The notes under the pieces are model-generated. The model made no database searches, had not been told where the DNA came from, and saw only the letters and a list, made by a program, of their open reading frames with translations. Below, piece by piece: positions 12,846 to 25,230 of a stretch of DNA of 64,000 bases. Origin of the DNA: Dimorphilus gyrociliatus (Eukaryota > Animalia > Annelida); the NCBI GenBank assembly GCA_904063045.1, contig CAJFCJ010000036.1:1-64000 (forward strand), read 5' to 3'. The translations under genes were made by a program, and so were the position numbers. Position 1 is the first letter of the stretch. Each line of letters starts with the position of its first letter.

Positions 12846-13762
12846 ATGTTGACAATAATTTTAGTAATTTTTTGTAAATTAATTTATTCATCAGAACTTG
12901 ATTGTAAAGATAGAAAAGTGATGATATCAGATCCAGTTAAATTTCCAAATAATAAATTTTCCCAGTATAGACAATATTACTTGGATCGGGGACATCTTAT
13001 GAGATTAACACCTGGAACTAATGCTTTTTTATGCGGTAATCCAAATACTTGCTGGGTTCAAGTGGATTTGAGTGAGTACTTGAACAAATTCTTTTTTTCT
13101 TTTTATTCAAATTTCAAATAATCTGATCCGCTTGTAGCCGATGTTTACATTATACATGGTTTTGACATGAGAGGAGGAAGGGGAAAGTATACTACAACTT
13201 TTAAGGTTGGTTATGGAATATCTTCTGTCCAGTGGATGAGAGATAATTCTAGTAATACTTTGGTAAGATGTTTATTTGAAATAATTCTAAAAATCAAGCA
13301 TTTAAAAATTGTTATTCAAAAATTAAAAAACAAAAGATTTTTCATGGTAATACCGATGCTAACAAATATTCAATTTTACATCATGAATTGCCAAATCCCG
13401 TTGAAACGAGATATTTCAGAATTTTTCCAATTACTGGTGCAGATCGTCCAGCTGTTGCTGTTGAACTTTACGGTTGTCGTAAGTATTTTTCAGTATGGTA
13501 TTTTTTATGTATTCAAACATTTCATCAATTCAAACAATCCATTGAAAAAGTATTTCCAATAATTACACACTTTTGGATTAAGAATTTATGAAACAATAGA
13601 TGTTTCTTGACATTTTTAACAGAAAAAAAGGTCTATTCACAATACGCATTGTTTATACATTTTGTGGTAAATAACCTATATGGAATAGAACTTAGGCCTA
13701 TATTGGAAAGTTTAAAATATTTAAAATCCCCTGCTTTCAGATTAAAAAGTACAAAGTTTTAA
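12846..13762 (+). CDS. Small secreted F5/8 type C (discoidin) domain protein, 3-4 exons
   Basis: Signal MLTIILVIFCKLIYS. CWVQVDL / TTTFKVGY / IFHGNTDA...TRYFRIFP...AVELYGC is the discoidin pattern. The last exon (13623-13762) is tentative. Confidence 0.75.
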
Positions 13763-14026
13763 GGCAGTGTAGAAATGAAACAATTCACTTGCAAAATGCA
13801 TTGTTTATCAGTTTTTATTATTAATATAGTTTTTAGGTTTTTATGTGATATTTTCATAAGGTTGTGGGACCTTACAATTAGCAAAAAAACAAAAGAATGG
13901 CATTCAATGAAAATGAATTTTCTATTTTTAACATGAATTGTTTAGTTGGAAGTCTTCTAAATATTTATTTGTTGTTTTCCAGCATTTTCTAATCAATTTT
14001 TAATTCAAAGCTTTTTTATAAGCCTA

Positions 14027-17000
14027 TCAAATTAAAAATACAAAAGTATTTTGAATGGTGATTTCAATACAGCAATAACAACAAAAATAAACAGTACCGC
14101 AATGAATTTCATCTTCATTATTAAGGCAATGATTAATACCATCGCATACAAGTTCTATAGATATACAAAACTTTCTCTGCCTGCATAAATATTCATCTTT
14201 CTTACAATAACTTTTCCGACAATCTTTCAATTCGAAAAGCGCGTTGCTCTAATTGATTATTATATTTCCAAGGGAATTATACTCTAAAAGGCAGGATTTA
14301 TCAATTTTCTTTTTCTTTATTCTTTTGGCGAAAGATTTATCAATTGCATTCTCATTTCCGCAAATTTTGTCAGAAGAATCGAAACAATGTCTTTCGTTGT
14401 CGCAAATGAAATTATTCTTTACGCACTGATTGTTTTTACATTGCCTTTTGTTTGGAAAATTCATCAAATTGTTGACAAACAAAACAAAAATGTCCCTATT
14501 TATTGTATTACTTGCTATCCGAAATGTTGCATATCTCTCTCTCTAAACAATCAAACATTGTATTGAAGATTTTATCCTCTTAAAGAAGAAGAAAATCAAT
14601 GCTTACTACAATTGACTTCATCGAGTCCGTAGGGGCAATCATTGACAAAATCGCATACCAATTTATAATTGATTGTCATATTTTCATATGGAAAACAATA
14701 GATACGCACTTCTATAGATTCGCATCCTCTTTCATCTTCTCCAAATGGACAATCACTATCTCCGTTGCAAGTATAAGTAATATTTGTAAATATTTCACTT
14801 TGGCAGCAATAGAAACTATTGATAGGAATATTTGTTTTATTGAATTCAGAGTCAAAATCATTTTTAGCCTTTACATCCGGATGACTGACTAATAAAATTC
14901 AAAAGAATTACCGTTACATAATCATTAAAAATATATATACTACTCAATCTTTGGCAAATATGAAATTTATTTGTTGCAGTTTTGCAGTGTATTCGAAATA
15001 TTAACCAGTCTATTTGAAATGACTTAGAAAAAAGTATTTGGAAATATAATCAACATACCGTATTGTATCAGTTTCTCGTTGTCTCGAAGTACCTGACAGA
15101 AATAGAGAAACAACTTGAACAGTTTGCACATGAACAAAAGAAAAAAAATGAAAAATTTTCCAACCGGTAAGAATTGTTAGCAGACGCTTTCCTGATACTC
15201 AACAATTCTACTATGTCTAATATGATATTTGAACTGTAATTCTACATCATATGCAGAATTCTGAAGCAATTTAATAATTTATTCATAATTGTTTGTTTGT
15301 TTGTTTGTTTGTTTGTTTATTTATTTATTACGTATGGTAAATTTTCATATAGATATTTTGGAAAAAAAGAAAATGGCACTTTTGTTAAATAATTTTATCA
15401 TTTTTTTTCCTTTTCATTAATACTTTAACATTTAAAAAAAAAGAAAAATATAAATAAAGAATGATTGTCACGTGATAAGTATATTACTATTGAATATTGG
15501 TAGGCCTATAAATTTTTCAATTTTCTCTAACATTAAAAGATTTATTTGTATAAATGATAAAGCTTGTACAAGATTTGTAGATGAAAATTCGGCCAAAGTT
15601 AAATTTCTCCTTTCGCAGTCTTCCTTTACTTTATAGATATCTAGATATTGATTATGATTGTAGATAAAATAGCACACGTGATCAAAATAGAAGTTATTCG
15701 TGTCGTTACAATCTTCGAATTCTGAAAAAGCGTTGAATAATTCAAAAAAATTTCAAATAAACGTTCCAAAACCTTGTGGAATGTTTGAACAATTGAATAA
15801 CAACGTAAATTGAGTTCTATAGAAATTTAAAATGTATAAATGAATAAAAAACAGTTGAATGGAAATGAAAATGATACTTGTCATCAAATTTATTTATCGA
15901 ACAATCAGTAAGAATTGAAGCGTTTTTTCTGCATTCAAGCAAGTATGAATTTGAAAATTGATAATTTACTTTTCATGTTTTAGATTGTAAATTAAAATGT
16001 TGAAAACCAAAACTTTTACAAATAATTTCAATTTCGTTTGAACTAAAATAAGTGAATGAATGAAATTGCATTCCTTTTAATAGTGAGATTTGTCCTGAAA
16101 AGTAATTAAGATGAACATGATCTAGATATGGTAAAAGAATAATATTTCCATCCAGTAGTAACAGAGATGGTTTTGCGTCTGCAATAGATAAGACTTGTAT
16201 CTTATTTGTATATTATGTCAAGTAATTATTGTCAATTATACTTCTTCTAAACCTATAAGCTTTAATCACGTGGAAATATTCAATGTCGCTCATTGGTTCA
16301 TACCGACAATTTGAAATTAACAAATTAGAGCTATTACAATAGAATTTATAGCTATTCTAAATATTTAAATGAATGAAAATATAAAATATAAAATTCTTTT
16401 CATTGAGAGAAGTGGTGTGAAACTTTTGATATTTGAAGGTCAAGTTCACTACCGACTTCTCTCTTATTTTTGTTATACTAAATATTTGAATTTTTACTTT
16501 AAAGCTAACTGTTTGAATTTCACAATGAGACGACCTAATTGTTGTCAGAAAATGAATAATGAGCCTGCAGAATGGAATACCATCAACTATCTGATTCAGA
16601 AGTGGAGGCTTAATCCCAAAAAGTTTTTGATATAAAATAATAATCCGTATACATTTCAAACATTTTTGAATAAGAAAATGTTCTTTGTTTATTAATTCCT
16701 ATCTTTTCAAAAGCTACATCTAAAACCATATATAACCATATTTAATATATTTATAAACAAACCAACATAGATGAATTATCATACCTCTAAATTGTTGATC
16801 TGTGCAAAGTAGAGTACTCATTTCAATTCCTATTTTCGTATCTTCAATTATCGTATTTTCATTTAGTACAACAAAACGGTCATTTGAAATATTTAAACTC
16901 TCCCTAGCCCTAGTTTCCTCCAAGTAGAATGAACTCTTATTGCAAAATATCAATAGAAATTCAGCTTTTCCAATAATTGGATAGATATTTTTTGGTGTTT

Positions 17001-17558
17001 TTAAAAATAATTTTAACATCATCGTCGTTTCCCTTAGAGCGATGATATTTAAATAAGAGAGAGGAAGAAAAGCGACAAACAATGAAAAGGTAAAAAAACT
17101 GTAAAGAATGTACAAACAATTGACATTCTTTTTAAAACATTTCAAACAAAGTCCCGTGTTAATTTCATGCTTTTCAATTAATGAACTATTTTGATTGGAT
17201 AATGAAAAATCAATATTATTTCTTTCTACATTTCTTTGAATATTATTTACATTTGAAAATTTGAATCAATTTTAGAGTTATTAACTCTATGATTAGTTGT
17301 AGGAACATAGTAATATCCGCAAGGATAGGAATTGGAATGAATTGAATCGTAATCAGCTTCTTTGCACAAAATATTACTTTGTTCAATAGATAATTGTTTA
17401 TAGGCAATGGAAAAGAATTCTCCGCCTTGAATGTCAAAAATTAATAATCCTTCAACATAACTCTCTTCTTCTTTCGTCAATCTTATATTCAATTTCGCTC
17501 CGACTCTATCGTTCAATAAAGAAGATAATAAAATGAATAGGTTAAAAAAAGTGAACAT
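14027..17558 (-). pseudogene. Disabled, truncated paralog of the giant receptors (signal, SRCR-like x3, CTLD, LDLa repeats; no LRR or 7TM seen)
   Basis: SRCR-like exons (ILCKEADY; ICKSFGF...LECRKNASILTDC), CTLD (CYFIYN...KEDCERRNLTLAEF) and LDLa repeats (VCDFVNDCPYGLDEVNC; VCDGINHCLNNEDEIHC). In-frame TGA at 15973-15975 inside an SRCR exon. Confidence 0.65.
15289..15329. repeat. Compound microsatellite (TTTG)n(TTTA)n
   Basis: Directly visible tandem tetranucleotide runs. Confidence 0.9.
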
Positions 17559-17725
17559 TTCGCCGTTTCTCTAATATTTAAAGATATTTTTCGCGTTTAA
17601 ATTGTATTAAAGTCATGGAATAGATAATGAATTCAATTTACAATAATTGAATTGTTATTTATTTGGCCAATCAGCGTCATTTCTATTCTTCGTGATGATA
17701 AAAAGGCCTAGTCTTACAATTTCTC

Positions 17726-18631
17726 CTATTTCGATTGTTTACGAGTAATCCTTCTAAAGAGATGAATGTAGAATTGTTTTGTTTGACTTCTTATAGATGC
17801 TTTAGTATAGCCGTGAACAAGAGGATTTATCATTGAATTTGAGAGAGTGATAGCGGCAAGTATATCTCCGAATTTGGTGTCTTTTAAACTCATGTTATTA
17901 TCCCTATGAAAATAGATAACAGTATTTGCAGATAGCATTGCCCAAAAGATAAAATTGATTACCAATAAAGAGGTTAGAACTCTTATATTACTACCTTGAG
18001 ATTTAAAATTTAATCCATTCGGTATATTAGAGACAATTTTTCTTCTATGCTTCCTTATCGCTCCCAGTATTGGAATATACAATAATAGACTAACAACAGA
18101 ATTCGGCAGGGCTACGGTAAACGTCCAAAAGTAGAGAAATGAAAAAGGAACAACACTTGTAATATAACACTCAAAAGTGGTGTTTTTTCTATTAAATGTA
18201 TTATATAGATTCCAACCCATACTTGGAAATGAACTAAACAGACACTCAATTAACCATAAGCTAATAATCAGGGCAAAAGCTTTCTTCATCGTCCACATTT
18301 GATTGAATTGTAAAGGTTTTACAACTGCCATAAAATTTTCGAATGTAATAAAAGTTAGCGTAAATGATGATATTGCAACTACCATCATAACAAATTGAGT
18401 TAAAATGAGACAACTATAGAAATTCTCTTCATTTCTTTGCAGTAGAAAGTAAGATGATAAGCTAATTGAGTACAAAACATCTGTAAAAGTCATTGCAGTT
18501 ACACCAAAGTTTTGTAATTTACGTATATCTTTATTTATTATACGAATGACAATTAAATTGCTGTTTAACGCCAAACCAAAAAATTGAATAAAACATTGAA
18601 GAAACAATACAACAGTTTTGCTAATATCCAT
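17726..18631 (-). CDS. Intronless class A GPCR, atypical subfamily (paralog of 51349 and 53384)
   Basis: 301-aa ORF with 7 hydrophobic segments, TM2 MTFTD, TM3 ITFENF, PSMGWN, TM7 NSMINPLVHGY. Confidence 0.9.
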   Translation of the reverse strand: MDISKTVVLFLQCFIQFFGLALNSNLIVIRIINKDIRKLQNFGVTAMTFTDVLYSISLSSYFLLQRNEENFYSCLILTQFVMMVVAISSFTLTFITFENFMAVVKPLQFNQMWTMKKAFALIISLWLIECLFSSFPSMGWNLYNTFNRKNTTFECYITSVVPFSFLYFWTFTVALPNSVVSLLLYIPILGAIRKHRRKIVSNIPNGLNFKSQGSNIRVLTSLLVINFIFWAMLSANTVIYFHRDNNMSLKDTKFGDILAAITLSNSMINPLVHGYTKASIRSQTKQFYIHLFRRITRKQSK

Positions 18632-19162
18632 ACTTAAACACTTCTATTGCAGTTGACTATTGGTGAAAAAATTATAAAATGTGCTGACAAATATTTACAT
18701 CTTCATTTATTATACATTAATTTTTTCCTGTATTACATTACGTAATTACTTTTCGGAGAATTTTTACAGTGTTTGCAGCGACATCTAAAGAATTTTTTGT
18801 CAATAAATAATTAGCCTTTATTGTAGCTGATAAAATAATCATGAAATTATTAGTGATTTAATGGACTAGTTAAAGGTAATTTAATATCAATTTTTACTTT
18901 AACATCTACGCGGTGAATTGACGTTTCCGACGCTCTAATGGACATGTCACTCATCAATAATTGTTAACTATATTTTATCAGTAATGGAATATTTAATGAA
19001 ACAGAGTGATAGAAGAGTTTTGATAGGCTATTGGTATTATTTTACAGTTGGTCATTATATTATTACCTCTACTCTGTATACTAATTTCATATAAGTAAGC
19101 TTTTAAGGTAATTGTTTGCCCTCTTTCGCCATTTTTTCTACTTTACCCTCGACGCATTTAGT

Positions 19163-22100
19163 ATGAAAATATTAATAAATGCAATATTCTTTTTCAAATA
19201 TGTTAATTTACAACATTTGATATCTTCCGATGAAGTTATATACAAGTTCTTTAATGAAAGTAAACTATGCAATGAATACTCTTGCAGAGGACATCTTAGA
19301 ATTCAATCAAAAGATGTTGTCTTTATACCATCTTTCATTGAGAGTAGAAAGAATAGAAACTCATTTGGATCAATTTGCATTAAAATGGGATACGATTATT
19401 TTAACGCATTCGCCTATGAATGTTCATATAAAAGTTTTAAAAAATATCAAAAATTTCAATTTGTATGTGTAAAACTCACGGAATGTTTTTTCCTTACTAA
19501 GGAATTTGGTCTTGATAAAAACCAATATTCATACTGTCTTCAATGCTTTAAAGTAAATAAAGTTTGTGAGTACAATAATTCAAATGATTCACATACATTT
19601 CAATCAATTTTGAAAAATTCTCTTCTATTTATTCAAGTATTATATACAACAATAGTTGAAAATGATATTCAACATAAACAAGATCAAATTTATACAAGAT
19701 TTAATAGAACATCTTACCTTTTTACATTAACAATTAAGGATAAATTAAGGGAATTATGCCTACAAGGATTTCATTCAAACAAGGCTAATTTTTTAAAAAA
19801 AGATGAAATAATTCATCCAAATGATACATTTATCTTTACAGATAAATTTGAAAGAATTGCTTTTAATAAGAGTCTTAACTACAATCTTAAATGTCCTAGA
19901 TTTACAAGATTCAATAGAAAATTTCAATTAATCAATTCATCAGTAGTTTATGAAGGATTTGTCAACAGTAGTGCTGTCTTATCTTGGATAAATCATACTC
20001 CCAAAATGATAACTCTTAATCTATATAAAACTCTTAATTCATCATTTATAAATTATGTAAGAGCAGGATGTGAACAATTTTCCCTCTCATTTCTAGGCAA
20101 TCCGTATTTAATAGCAAATAAAGAGTACTCTTCTCAAAGTGCCTTCTTAAAGCCTGAAAGTACATATTGCTTTGGAAAATCTCTAAAACTTTCCGAATGC
20201 TATTTCAAATACGAAGACAGTTATACTCCAGTTACAATGGTCTCTTTACAATGTTCAAAGAAAGTGAACATCACGAAATCTTCAATATCTTTAAAAACAA
20301 TTATTCACGGTTCCCTCTCTATCTTTTATAAATAATCCTTAAAAAATATTCCATTGTTAACTTTCTTTAGGCTATGAATTACATTTTTTGCAAATTGAGC
20401 CTATATACTCAATTAATGATGGTGAAATTTTTGGATTATTAATTACAAAACATAGAGGTGTTTGGTTTGATGTATCAGCACATAAATTTACAAGACATAC
20501 AGCAAATGTAAGTTTATATAATAGTCTTTACATATTAATAACTTTCAAATGCTATCAGACAATTTGCTCAACTTTTGGCTACACATCTGGATATTTGTCA
20601 TACTTCAAGAGCGATAAAATGGTATTAAGAGGACAGATATTTTCAATAGCCTGTAGTAGAAATGCAACGACGCTTCACGATTGCTCTTTTGAAAATTTCT
20701 TTCATAGAAAATTATATTATCATCTTTTTCGCAATTATATTCTTGAAACTAAGCTAAGATGTTCAATGGAGAAGCGTCTAGGTCGAATTATTTCAAGTTT
20801 ATTCCATAAATTAGAATAATAAACAAAAAAAAATATATTCATCTACAGATTGTACTGATATTGCAGAGGCAAAGACAGCATTTTCTATTGAATACAACTG
20901 TTACTATCTCTTTCAAACTAAAGAATTAGCAACTATAGATACTCAAAGAGAATATTGTAAAAATTATGATTTAAAACTGTTTTCACCATATTCAAATCTT
21001 GATATAATAAGAATTCACCATTTGAGTAGCACTGTCTGGTATAAACAATATTATTTTGGTATTATTCAAAGACTCTTTTGTAAATATCTCTCTTTTTTCA
21101 ATTAACAAAAGTTTTTTCAAGGTATTGGCATAAAGAAAAAAATGATACACAAATATTGGGAAATCGATATAAACGAGTACAACATACCAATAGCTTTAAT
21201 AGAAAAAATGTGGAATACTAACCAGTAAACCTGTCTAATTATTTTACTTGGTTTCATAAACTGTTCTAAATCAATACAAAGGGATTTTAGAGAGAAAGAC
21301 TCTTGCGTTTATTATAAAGCAGAGATAGATAAACTACAGTTTTTCTATAAAGACTGTGACAAATTCCAGAGTAAAACTTTCATCTGCAATAGTCATATTG
21401 GTTTGTCAAATATTGAAAGAATCTTAACCTTTACTACTCTATTTATCTTTTTAGATCCAACACCCAAAAGTCCAGAAATCAGATTATGCAATGACAATCA
21501 AATACAATCAGAAGGTGTTGTTTGTAACAATTACACCTTTCTCTGTAAAATTGACAAGATTTGCATCAGTGCAACTTTAAAATGTAACGGAAATATTGAT
21601 TGCTTTGATAAAACTGATGAAAACAATTGTTCATACCAATATAAAAAATTTATTCATCCAAAAACCAGAAATCTTATCAATTCTTTTTACCTGTGTGATT
21701 TTTTTCAAAATTATCCACTAGGAGAGGATGAAGAGTTTTGTTGTATAGATTAATAAATTCTATCTATGATTTTTCTATCTATATTAAAAATGTTATCTTA
21801 TCTATTTATAGCATTTCCAAACTGTAAAGATACTGAAAAGTAACTTATTCAATTGTATTTAAATTCTTTTGAAAAACAACAAAAAATAATTACAGGAAAT
21901 GCTCAAATTATGAATGTATCAATTCAGCAAAATTCTGTGATAATAACAGAGATTGTGTTGATTTTAGTGATGAAAATTGCTCTCAAGGTTTGTTTAAATG
22001 AATATCAAAAATTGAAAGGAAATATGTAGAATTGGATCTTTTTAAAAGGAATTTGTGGTGAACACCAATTCAAATGTTCAAGTAGCAAGTGTATTCCAAA

Positions 22101-24759
22101 ATTTTATAAATGTGATATGACAGCTGATTGTGAGAATTTAGATGATGAGAATAATTGTAAATTAATAAAAAATTTAAGGGATTCTGCTAATTATTCTTGT
22201 TTGATAAAATACAATTCTGCTAATCATTTTCTCACAAAAACACATTCCCCTTTTGATGGTTTGAAATCATGTCCTATTGAAAATACTTGCAAATGTGGAC
22301 AGTTGAAATGTAGAAAATATCATTACTGTGTTGAAATTGCACAAATTTGTGATGGTATTTGGCATTGTTTAGAAGGAGATGATGAAATATCTTGCAGTAA
22401 AAGATCTTTATTATAAAAAGAATGATAATACATTTATTTTTACAAAATAGATGAATTTAAACCTCAAGGATTTTTCAAGTGCAATCATCAAACTAAATTT
22501 CTACTTTTATCTCAAGTTTGCGATGGTATACTGGATTGTTTAACTGGTTGTGATGAAATTCTCTGTGAAAAAATTCAATGTCCTATTTCATGTAAATGTG
22601 AAACCCCAATTCAGATTGAATGCACTGATACAACACCAAAAAGTCTTCACCAAGTAAAACATTTAAAAATTCAAAATCCAATTGAAATTTTAGAAGAACA
22701 ACAAAGAAATAAAAGTATAAATTATAAATTGACAATTTTAAATTTAACATCCGGAAATTTAAATTTACAAAATACTTTATTAAAGAATTTTCAAAATTTA
22801 AAAATAGTTGATCTAAGTAGAAATAAGTTTAGTAGCTTCTCTTCAAATATATTTGGCAATTCATTAAATTTACATTATTTGGATTTAAATTGGAATTTTA
22901 TTAAGAAAATTTCTAGTTTGTCATTTAAAAATTTAAAAAATTTATTCTATTTAAAAATATCTTACAATGGTTTAAAAATATTAAAAAAGCATTCTTTCAA
23001 ATACAATCAATTACTATTTCATTTGGAATTAGTTGGAAATGAAATTGAATGGATAGAATATGATATTTTCTCATTTTCCAATAGTCTAGAAACAATGTCA
23101 ATATTTATGAAAAAATATTATTTACATAGATTGAAAAGAGATATTTTAAAAAATTTAAAAAATTTAAAATATTTACAAACAAGCCATAAACAATTTTGTA
23201 ATTATGCAAACAGTTTTAGTAGATTAGAAAGTTGTATTTGGAAATATTCAATAAGAGATTTTAATAGAAATAATATATTATTAACCATTATAAAATATCT
23301 TATATCAATAATATGCTTTCTCTCAATTACATTTCTAATTTTACATTTGTTTACAATTTTTAAATGTAAACATTTAAGAAAACACCAAATTATTTTAAAT
23401 ATTTGTCGTATCGTTACCGATTTTTTAATATTGTTACATTTAATAATTTCAACTTATTTAATTGATTTTGAAAATGGAGATGTTGGTAAATATTATGACT
23501 TGTGGATAAAATCAAAAATATGTGTCTTTTCTCATTTTTTAATCAATTTTTCAATATTATTTATATATTCTATCAATTTTCAAATATATATTTTGGAAGT
23601 TGTGTCTATAAATAGAAATATTCCAAAAAGTTTCTTTCAATTATCAATTACCTTACCATTTCTACCTTTCTTATTATCTATGATAATCAGTTTGGTGTTA
23701 TTACTACTTTTTGAGGTAAATATACCTTATGATATGAATATTATGTGCAAATTCTTTTAAAAAAATAGACTAGTTTCATAAACAATTACTATGAATGTTC
23801 AGTATTGTTTTTAACATATAGAAAAAATTTATCAATATATATCTACGCTACTTTGTCATTACTTGTCATTTTCTTACCAGTTTTCTTTACAAGTTTCCTA
23901 TTAATCGTTAAAACATTTAAAAAGTTGAAAACTACACAAAACGAAAGGATAATTATTTATCAGCCAATTGTGTTATTTTTCAATTTTCTATCATCACAAA
24001 TCTTTGGTAAACAATGGAAAAATAAAAAAAAAATTGAAATTTACCAAAAAAATGTCTATTTGTAGATGAAATTTTTGCAGAAGATAAATTAATTGAAATT
24101 AGATATATTAAAGTTTTAATATTTACAATTGCTTTATTCAACTTTACACATTTTTTTAAATTTCAAGAAATTAAATTATTTTATTATCAATATATGGAAT
24201 CTTATAAGTAAAGTATTTTTCTTTATTTTCTTCATTTACAATATATACTTTTTATAGAAAGGAATGTGAAATGTCTATATATAAAGAGCAAATTTTTCCT
24301 GGTATGAATCAACATACACACCTTTCTCTCTCTCTCTTTTGCATCTATTTAAATATTCTATTAATATTTACAGTGATAAATGGCTACCTTCATTGTATTT
24401 CTTGGGAAGAACAACTTCAATTCTCAGTTAACAACCTTTGTAAAAATCTTTTCCTACTGAAAGAAACAATTAAGAAAATTACTGATTTTATCATTTTTAT
24501 CAATGAAAGAAATATTTCCTTGAATGGTGATATGATTAATATCTTTGATATTAAATCTGTATGATACACACCAATATTGTTTGGGATGAAAAATTAAGAT
24601 AAAATACAAATTTTTCTTTTCCTTATTCAGGGTTATTCTAGAAATCTTTTGAAATATGTTTGTATCAATGATAAGAGAAAATGTAATGTAATTGATATAG
24701 GCCTACTAGCAAAAACCCTACTACAAAAATATCATACTATGAATTCTATCAGAAAATAA
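19163..24759 (+). CDS. Giant GRL101/LGR-type receptor A: SRCR-like x3, CTLD, LDLa repeats, LRRs, divergent 7TM, pseudokinase-like tail
   Basis: Signal peptide at 19163, SRCR cysteine patterns, CTLD exon near 20850-21050, LDLa repeats (CNGNIDCFDKTDENNC etc.), LRRs in ORF 22729, and ECL1 W-x2-S-x2-C. Tail exons at 24258-24301, 24374-24558 and 24631-24759 splice in frame. Confidence 0.8.
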
Positions 24760-24886
24760 TGAAATATGGAACTATTTCAATAAATATAAAGTTTTACACT
24801 AAATATGGCCAATTTTGTTCAATTTAATTAGGTCATTATTATACTATTAAGTTAGATTTGTTAGTTTACTATAAAGAACAATTATA

Positions 24887-25072
24887 TTTTTTTAATAACA
24901 TGCCGAAAATTTAAAAATTGAGTGGAAACTGGTATAAAGAGAATAAGATAGACCATTAGCAACAGTTGGGTTTATTTCTCAGGGTGATATTTAAAAAGAT
25001 TAGATAAAATTAAGGGCTAGGTTAGGGTTAGGGTAAAACCATAGATTTTTGTAGCTGTTTTCTGCCGCAACC
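24887..25072. mobile_element. Degenerate copy of the 9676 MITE family
   Basis: GGGCTAGGTTAGGGTTAGGGTAAAA followed by TTTTCTGCCGCAACC, resembling the 9676 right end. The left end is degraded and the possible TSD matches at only 8 of 9 bases. Confidence 0.5.
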
Positions 25073-25122
25073 GAATTATATACTGTTACAATTTTCATTA
25101 CATTTGCAAAAAAAATATAATC

Positions 25123-25144
25123 AAATTTGTCACGTGACAAATTT
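25123..25144. promoter_or_regulatory. 22-bp perfect palindrome centred on an E-box (GTCACGTGAC)
   Basis: AAATTTGTCACGTGACAAATTT, ~90 bp upstream of the receptor B ATG. Confidence 0.45.
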
Positions 25145-25230
25145 ATTTTATTGACAAAGGCAATATTTTGATTGTAATGAAATGTTTATGATAAACTAGT
25201 TTTCACTATCTTTAGGTGTAACAACTGAAA

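Noticed and set aside
25010-25035. TTAGGG repeats as telomere or interstitial telomere (also near 9830, 41850, 42410, 54725-54770)
   Set aside because: Only 2-3 imperfect units each, and several lie inside the MITE family.
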